Below, one piece after another: positions 61,301-64,000 of a stretch of 64,000 bases of DNA. The notes beneath the pieces were generated by a model. That model was not told the DNA's origin and did no database searches. It saw only the letters and a program-made list of their open reading frames with translations. The stretch is taken from the NCBI GenBank assembly GCA_001643675.2, contig LSRY02000066.1:1-64000 (forward strand), read 5' to 3'. Every line of letters starts with the position of its first letter. Position 1 is the first letter of the stretch. The translations under genes and the position numbers were made by a program. The DNA comes from Monocercomonoides exilis PA203. Lineage: Eukaryota > Protista > Preaxostyla.

Positions 61301-63760
61301 TCACATTTTTAATAGGAAGATTTCCTGTTTGCTCTTTTGGTGAAACCTCTTTTCTGTTTGATTCTGTCTTTTGTGCTTGTTCTTTCACCTGGTTGACTGC
61401 ATCCAAAGGATCAAAGGCGATTTGCTCAGACGAAGAAAGGTGCAATTTGTTTGGAGTTGAAGGACTCTTCCCTCCTTCCAGGGCAAGCGGTCGAATAGCA
61501 GGAGGAGTTGAAGCAGAAGAAGCAGAGGTAATAACAGGAGATGAAGATGATGACGAAGAAGACGAAGAAGAAGAAGTTTGCTGAGTTGCGGATTATTCAT
61601 TTTCCTTCGTTCGAATAGGAATGGACTGAGGTTGAATAGCGGGAGAAGAAGCACCCGAACTTGGTGAAGAGGTTGAAAGAGCTGGTGATTTTGAGTCGAT
61701 TTTGCAGTCTTTTGTGAGATGAGCATCCAAAGTTTTTAGGGCCAACAGAAGTTCCTGGGTTCTTTCTTCTGTTGTGAGAAATGAAGAAAGATGCCAACTA
61801 CGAGAAAGATAGCGAAGAAAACAGCTTCGACAGAGCATCTCTTCTTCCAGGAACACTGCTCTGATTGAATGTTCTTATCCCTTTCTCCTTCTGAAACATC
61901 AAAGGTGATCCTTTCCCTGCTCATTTCCTTCCCTTCCTGAGTGTCGCCTCTGCTTCCTCTTTGTATGGCCATCAGCCCCTCCACTTCATCCCCCTTCCTC
62001 TTCTCAACTCCGCCCTGCTCTGGGTCAGCCCGCTCTTCAGCGCACTCATCAGATCCAACCGAGCCCTCGTTTGCCTCTCTTCGACTGCTGCATACACAGG
62101 CACTTTCCGCAGCTTCCACACAAATTGCGCGTTTTCCTCGCTTTTGATTCGCACATAGCGGCAAGGCACATCCAGTTCATCGCTCAAATCTTCAAAGTCA
62201 GAATTAGCTAAATCATTCAGCATGAGGTCCAATTTCCGCTCTCTTGTCAAAATTGGAGTTTGGTTTTCTTTCGCCTCTTGCTGCGCCTCGCTGGCCATTT
62301 TGTTCTCTTTCTGGTTGGTCGGTGTGCCTGTCTCAAGCTGTGGTTGTAGTATTCCTTGGATGCTGTTAAACAGATTCTTGTCTTTTTCTTCTTTCTCCAT
62401 TTTCCTGCTCTCCCGCTCTTCTTTCTTCTTTTGTATTTCCTGCAGCTTCATCAGCAGAAGTAGTTTTTATTTCTGATCATCAGATTCCAATGAATAAAAC
62501 GTGATTTTCGTCTCTTCATCATCCACTTTCCCTTTCTCATCCTGAAACTCATCTTGTATCGCTCTTGTCACTTCTTTGTTCAAATCTTTCATCCCCATCA
62601 CACCCAATGTCACCCCTCCTCCTCCTCCAACAGCAGGTGACAGCTGAGTCGTAGGTGTGCCAACAGATCATCTACCCATCTCCATCTCTTGGCTGTATTC
62701 AATCAACACCCTCCCTCTGACTCCTCTCCATCCACCGTCCATTCACTTCACTCGCGTAAAGCGTATCGTTCCAAAGGCATCTCTTGCTGAAGTATATTGT
62801 TTAGGCTGTGGAGAGAGTGAAGGTGAAGATGGGGGAGAGGGAGTTGTTATTGCTGCTTTTGCGATGAAAAAGGCTTTATTTTTGGCTCATTATTATTCGT
62901 TTAGCCTTTTTTGTTGTTTTGAACAGACTCTTTTGCGTTTGCATTCTTGTCTGATTCTGTTTGATAGTCTTTCTTTTGAAGCATTTCAACACTTTCTTGA
63001 ACTTCGTTGTTTTCGTTTTCTTTCTTTTTCATCGAAGCACTTTGTTTTGTTTCAGTGTCATTCGCATCATCATCATATGCTCCTTCCTTTTCATTCACAT
63101 CGCTTTCTGAGCTGTCAGTTGATTCGTCATCTGATAGAATTCCCCCAACATTCACCACATTCCCATAGCTCATCAGCTTCAGAATATTCTTATCATCTGC
63201 ATTGTCCTCTTCAGACAGCCAGCCGTCCCCTGAGCTTATGTTCCGTCAGTCTTCATCATCGAATTCTTCTCAACTTCTTCGGAACACTGTCAGAATCTTT
63301 CTTAGCTTCTTTCACTCCCTGCCCATCTTCATCTCTCTTGTTTTGCCTGTAGAGCTTATCCAACACTTTATAAAGTTCTTTTCTTCACTTTTCAATCTTT
63401 CACACAATGATTTTGTTCTGTGACATTTCATATTTCAGATACACTTCCTAATAAAAAATGAATATTGATAATTTGATAATAATTTCATATCACACATTAA
63501 TAGAAATACAATGACTGGATTTTATAAATTTTTCAAATTAATAATAAAAACAAACTTTGTCAAAAATGAACAAGAATTAATATAGTCACATTGAATGGTC
63601 TTTCTGTTTGCACCAGCAAAAATAGTCGATGTGTCAAATAGAAAGACTGGTTTCTGAACAAATAAATCAAAATTCTTGTATTTGTGAAAAATAACAACGA
63701 TTTGTTCCAAACCTTTTTGCACTTTTGTCAGTACAAGTCAAACGTTCTCACATATTAAAT
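58335..63760 (-). CDS. highly divergent CCR4/Angel/nocturnin-like EEP-domain protein, frameshift-riddled (pseudogene or poor consensus)
   Basis: Ordered EEP-like motifs separated by low-complexity inserts: FLFDTSTIFAG, LDLMLNDL..DFEDL, KIFVVNALLF, IRLMQLMQL, PIILCGDLS, RFPSSLSDPYSL. Boundaries are approximate, with many indels and some in-frame stops. Confidence 0.55.
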
Positions 63761-64000
63761 ATATAGAATGACTGTAAAATAATAAGAAAAATCTTCGAAG
63801 ACGGTGCATGGGAAACAATTCATTTCGCACAACACTTCATCCCAAATAAAAAATATGTTAAAAAACAAATTATTACCAACTTTTTCCACTAACAGATTTT
63901 CAAAAAAAGCATCAGACATGTTTATTATCGTTATTTATTCACATTGAGCAAAATAGATCATGGTATTCTTAATGGCGCCATTAATAATAATTTGTATTTT

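Noticed and set aside
1-63760. Functional cluster of RNA-decay genes (XRN1, RRP42, CCR4-like)
   Set aside because: They are tens of kb apart and interspersed with unrelated genes, which is compatible with chance.

Overview
Gene-dense, AT-rich eukaryotic nuclear DNA with short spliceosomal introns, the standard genetic code, and proteins inflated by poly-Ser and Glu/Asp/Lys inserts. This style and a lineage-specific gene family resemble the oxymonad Monocercomonoides (inference). Genes from left to right: a divergent XRN1 (running off the left edge), a decayed HGH1, two copies of an uncharacterised expanded family flanking an ADP-ribosylarginine hydrolase (ARH1), a DNAH6-like axonemal dynein heavy chain, FANCD2, exosome RRP42, a ubiquitin-like-domain acidic protein, an AAAP/SLC38 amino-acid transporter, a dynamin-related GTPase and a heavily degenerate CCR4/Angel-like EEP protein. 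Mobile DNA: a ~2.86 kb segment bounded by inverted arrays of palindromic ~20-bp units and carrying a decayed kinase, a 250-bp MITE, and a possible gag remnant. Most notable observations: (1) XRN1 keeps its metal-binding residues but has lost the 5'-monophosphate/stacking pocket; (2) the EEP protein looks like a pseudo-deadenylase; (3) the foldback/Pack-like element; (4) three GC-AG introns plus a GTNTG donor consensus. Patchy single-base frameshifts are most likely assembly errors. All alignments were done by eye from remembered family motifs; no searches were run.
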